The position numbers and the translations under genes are program-made. The notes under the pieces were generated by a model, which ran no database searches, was not told the DNA's origin, and saw only the letters and a program-made list of their open reading frames with translations. This document shows, one piece after another, positions 60,177 to 64,000 of a DNA stretch of 64,000 bases. The stretch is taken from assembly GCF_009914755.1 (NCBI RefSeq), contig NC_060926.1. One strand, 5' to 3'. This stretch comes from the human T2T-CHM13v2.0 reference genome, Homo sapiens. The number at the start of each line of letters is the position of its first letter. Position 1 is the stretch's first letter.

Positions 60177-60680
60177 GTCAGTAGGACAATAAACAGCTGG
60201 CTTAACTAATTTCTTTTTGTGAGTAGATTATTTGGGCAGTGATCATACCATCAGAATTTAAAATATAATGCAAACCAGTGGTTGGATATTGTGTAGAAAA
60301 TCCAGCAAGATGATTGGATATTCCACTTTCCAAGGAACATAAAAATGTCCACCCCTGTAGAGTTTATATCCTGGGAACTGGAGTGGGGACGGAGACAGAC
60401 AGTAAATCATCATCAAAATGTAAAGGTTATTTTATGTTATATTAACAGGAAATAAATGTTTTATGTGTTGGGAGCGTAGGGAACAGAAAAAGTAGAGCAA
60501 GGTAGGCATGTCGAGGGAGCTTGTGGGGGCAGGCTAAGTATTAAATAATGTGGTCAGAGGAGGCTTCATTAGAGAGATGAGAGATGAACTCAAGCTAGAC
60601 TGATGTAGGGACGTGGGCAAAGAAAATGAGAAAGGTGCTGACCTCTGCAGAGCCAAGGGCAGGTCTGTATGATGACCTAA

Positions 60681-61130
<450 letters not shown>

Positions 61131-62027
61131 ATTTTGTTTTTTATTAACAAGGCCTTGATAGACGTTTCCAGAGCTATCTCTTGAAGTTAGAAATCAAAAC
61201 AAGAGAGCAGGCAGGCTTGCCCATTTTTACAGCAATCATTCCTGGAAACCACATTGGAAAACACACAGTGAAAAGTTAACCTTATTCTTCCACCGCTTTG
61301 TCCAGCCTGTGTTTCCCCACTTTTTTCCTCAATATCAGTGCCAAGCTCTAGAATGCCAACTGGATTTGCTTGCGGGCTGTGGGAATTGCAGAATAAGAGT
61401 CTCAAATTTAAATACTGATTGCTGGGATGTGCAGTAAGAGAACAGAGGTGGCCCTTTGGCCTTCTGAATGTGAGCAGGGAGAGTGACAGGGGAGGTGCAG
61501 GAAAGACAAGCTCAGAGCATCCTGGGATTCACAAACATCCACCAGATCCAGTGGACACCAGCAGCTTTCAGTATTGTGGGTCTGGGAGCTGAGTGGTGCT
61601 CTCAAAGCTGATATGACCTGACTTGTGGGGTCCAATGGCCTAGATAATGGCCAAGGGCTGTGGGGTTAAACAATAAAGTTAGAGACAGCCAGGAAAGCAT
61701 GCTGGGTACACAGCACAACACCAGGGGATGGGAGATCCCCCCAAACAGAACACGAGGCTGCCTGCTTTTCTCAGCAACCCCACTGGGATGAGGGTGGAAA
61801 TCTTTTTCAATCAGATATAATAAAACTTTGACTCAAAGGCTAGACATAGTGTAGAAAATGTTCCAGGAGAAGTTCCATTAAGTGCTTAAAAGAATCAGTG
61901 TGGAGTCCTTTGGTGCACATAAAATTAAAGAATCATCAGGCCATTTTAAATTATATTTAAAGGCATTGTTGAAAAGTATGTTAGTTCCAAGAGCCTGTTT
62001 GTTCTCTGGTTATTCTTTAGGAACAAG

Positions 62028-62492
62028 TGAGTAGTCAGGGAAGCCTTCCTGAAGGAGGCAACACCAAGGAGTGGGCATTAAGGACAAGTGTCCTCTTACA
62101 TCCTCCCCATGTGAAGGAAATGCAGGCACTGAGTTATCAGATTTGCTTCAGTGCTCCAAGGGGAAGATGATTGGAATGAGCTCAAGAGTCAATGGCAGGG
62201 AACGGTCTGGACCCACCAGTGCCATCGGCCAAGCCAGAAGCCAGTGCTGATTATGGGCCAATGTCATCTGCTGTGGAGTGCGCTGAGATTATTTTACTTC
62301 AGACTGCCCTGATTTTGTGACCATAAAAATCAATTTAATGAATTGCAACCCTCTTTTTTTTTTAAGGTAATTATACTATCTGGTAACTCAGTGCCTGTAT
62401 TTTCTTCACATGGAGAGGATGTAAGAGGAAGCTTGTCCTTAATGCCCACCCCTTGGTGTTGCCTCCTTCAGGAAGGCTTCCCTGACTACTCA
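62028..62492. repeat. Inverted repeat with 115-bp arms (62028-62142 and 62378-62492) and a 235-bp spacer
   Basis: Manual alignment gives 108/115 identity with no gaps. Confidence 0.95.
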
Positions 62493-62989
62493 TTCTAAAC
62501 AGTGCCCCCTCACACACAGTACACACACACACACACACATACACACATATACCACTTATAATTAACTGAAATCTTATTTTCTCTCCTGCCACCCATCCCA
62601 CTAGAATATCAGCTCCATGAGGTCAGGGCCTGGGTGCCTTGTTCATTATTATATCATCAGTGCCCCAAACAGTGTCTGCCTACTAATAGGTGCTCAATTA
62701 ACACTTATGACATTGAATTAAAATTGCCTCGGCTGGGAGGTTCCAGCTGTTGCTCATCCCAAAGGCTGGTATTCTGCCTCCTGTTCTGCTCTGAGAATCT
62801 GGCACCACTTTACCTCTCCTGCAAGGACTTCAGCACAGGCCATGATCCTTGTTCACATCTCTAGGCCTGACCTTCTTTGTTCAGTGTTGCCATCTCGTTT
62901 CCTTGTCTGCCAGCAGCTGCCATGCTACCTGCCAATGTCAGTTCAGCTTCACTTAAGTTCATTTGCACCAATTCCCCTTTAACATTTTT

Positions 62990-63490
62990 TCCAATCACTT
63001 TTCATCACTTTTTGGTGTAGTTGTGTGAATTTTAACACATGTATACATCCATGTAACCACTGTCACAATCAGAAAACCTTCCAAAACTCCACCAGGCTAT
63101 CCTTTTGTAGTACTCTCCCTCCCCTTTAACCCTCGACAACCACTGATCTACTCTTCATCATGACACTTTTGTCTCTCAGAGGCTGTCGTAGCAATGGAAT
63201 TGTGCAGTGTGTAACCTTTTGAAGCTGACTTATTTTACTCAACATAATTCCCTTGAGATTCATTCAAGTTGTTGTGTGTATCAATGGTTCATTCTTTTTT
63301 ATTACCGAGTAGTATTCCATTGGGTGGATGTAACAGATTTTGTATAACTAATTGCCCTTTGAAGGAAATTTAGGTTGTTTTCAGTATGAAGTCATGATGA
63401 ATGCAGCTGCTGTAAACATTCATGTATAGCTTTTGTGTGAATGTGTTTTCATTTCTCTAGGATAAATACCCAGGAGTGGGGTCATACTGT
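62990..63490 (-). mobile_element. Old L1MC/MB 3' fragment
   Basis: catccatgtaaccactgtcacaatc...caaccactgatcta...ttgagattcattcaag. Confidence 0.7.
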
Positions 63491-63493
63491 AGC

Positions 63494-64000
63494 ATTTTTT
63501 TTTAATTTTATTATTATTATACTTTAAGTTTTAGGGTACATGTGCACAATGTGCAGGTTTGTTACATATGTATACATGTACCATGTTGGTGTGCTGCACC
63601 CATTAACTTGTCATTTAGCATTAGGTATATCTCCAAATGCTATCCCTCCCCCCTTCCCCCCCCCCACAACAGTCCCCAGTGTGTGATGTTCCCCTTCCTG
63701 TGTGCATGTGTTCTCATTGTTCAATTCCCACCTATGAGTGAGAACATGCGGTGTTTGGTTTTTTGTCCCTGCCATAGTTTGCTGAGAATGATGGTTTACA
63801 GTTTCATCCATGTCCCTACAAAGGACATGAACTCATCATTTTTTATGGTTGCATAGTATTCCATGGTGTATATGTGCCATATTTTCTTAATCCAGTCTAT
63901 CGTTGTTGGACATTTGGGTTGGTTCCAAGTCTTTGCTATTGTGAATAGTGCCACTATAAACATACATGTGCATGTGTCTTTATAGCAGCATGATTTATAA
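63494..64000 (-). mobile_element. Young L1PA (about PA3/PA4) 3' end, running off the window
   Basis: ttattatactttaagttttagggtacatgtgcacaa..., closely similar to 5610-6100. Confidence 0.93.

Overview
Primate (most likely human) genomic DNA, dominated by transposons. The only real protein-coding sequence is the last three coding exons of RMDN2 on the + strand: 4895-4948, 5040-5120 and 18090-18143, encoding ...AEELCPGYSNPNYMYLAK|CYTDLEENQNALKFCNLALLLPTVTKE|DKEAQKEMQKIMTSLKR*. The 13-kb last intron holds two notable inserts. One is a full-length, inactive L1PA4-like element, antisense to the gene, whose antisense ORF0 is open, extended to 167 aa and carries a splice donor in frame with the RMDN2 terminal exon. 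The other is a decayed KRAB-zinc-finger retrocopy split by an AluSc. Downstream lie solo LTRs (an LTR7 that appears to have lost its poly(A) signal, an LTR12C nested in MER1A, THE1B, MLT1A, MSTA), many old L1/Alu/MER elements, a non-repeat CpG-rich island near 39.1-39.5 kb with AP-1/ARE/AHR-core motifs upstream, and several local duplications, including a 115-bp 94%-identical inverted repeat at 62.0-62.5 kb. Gene and subfamily names come from my recall of consensus sequences, not from a database search. Boundaries of old repeats are approximate.
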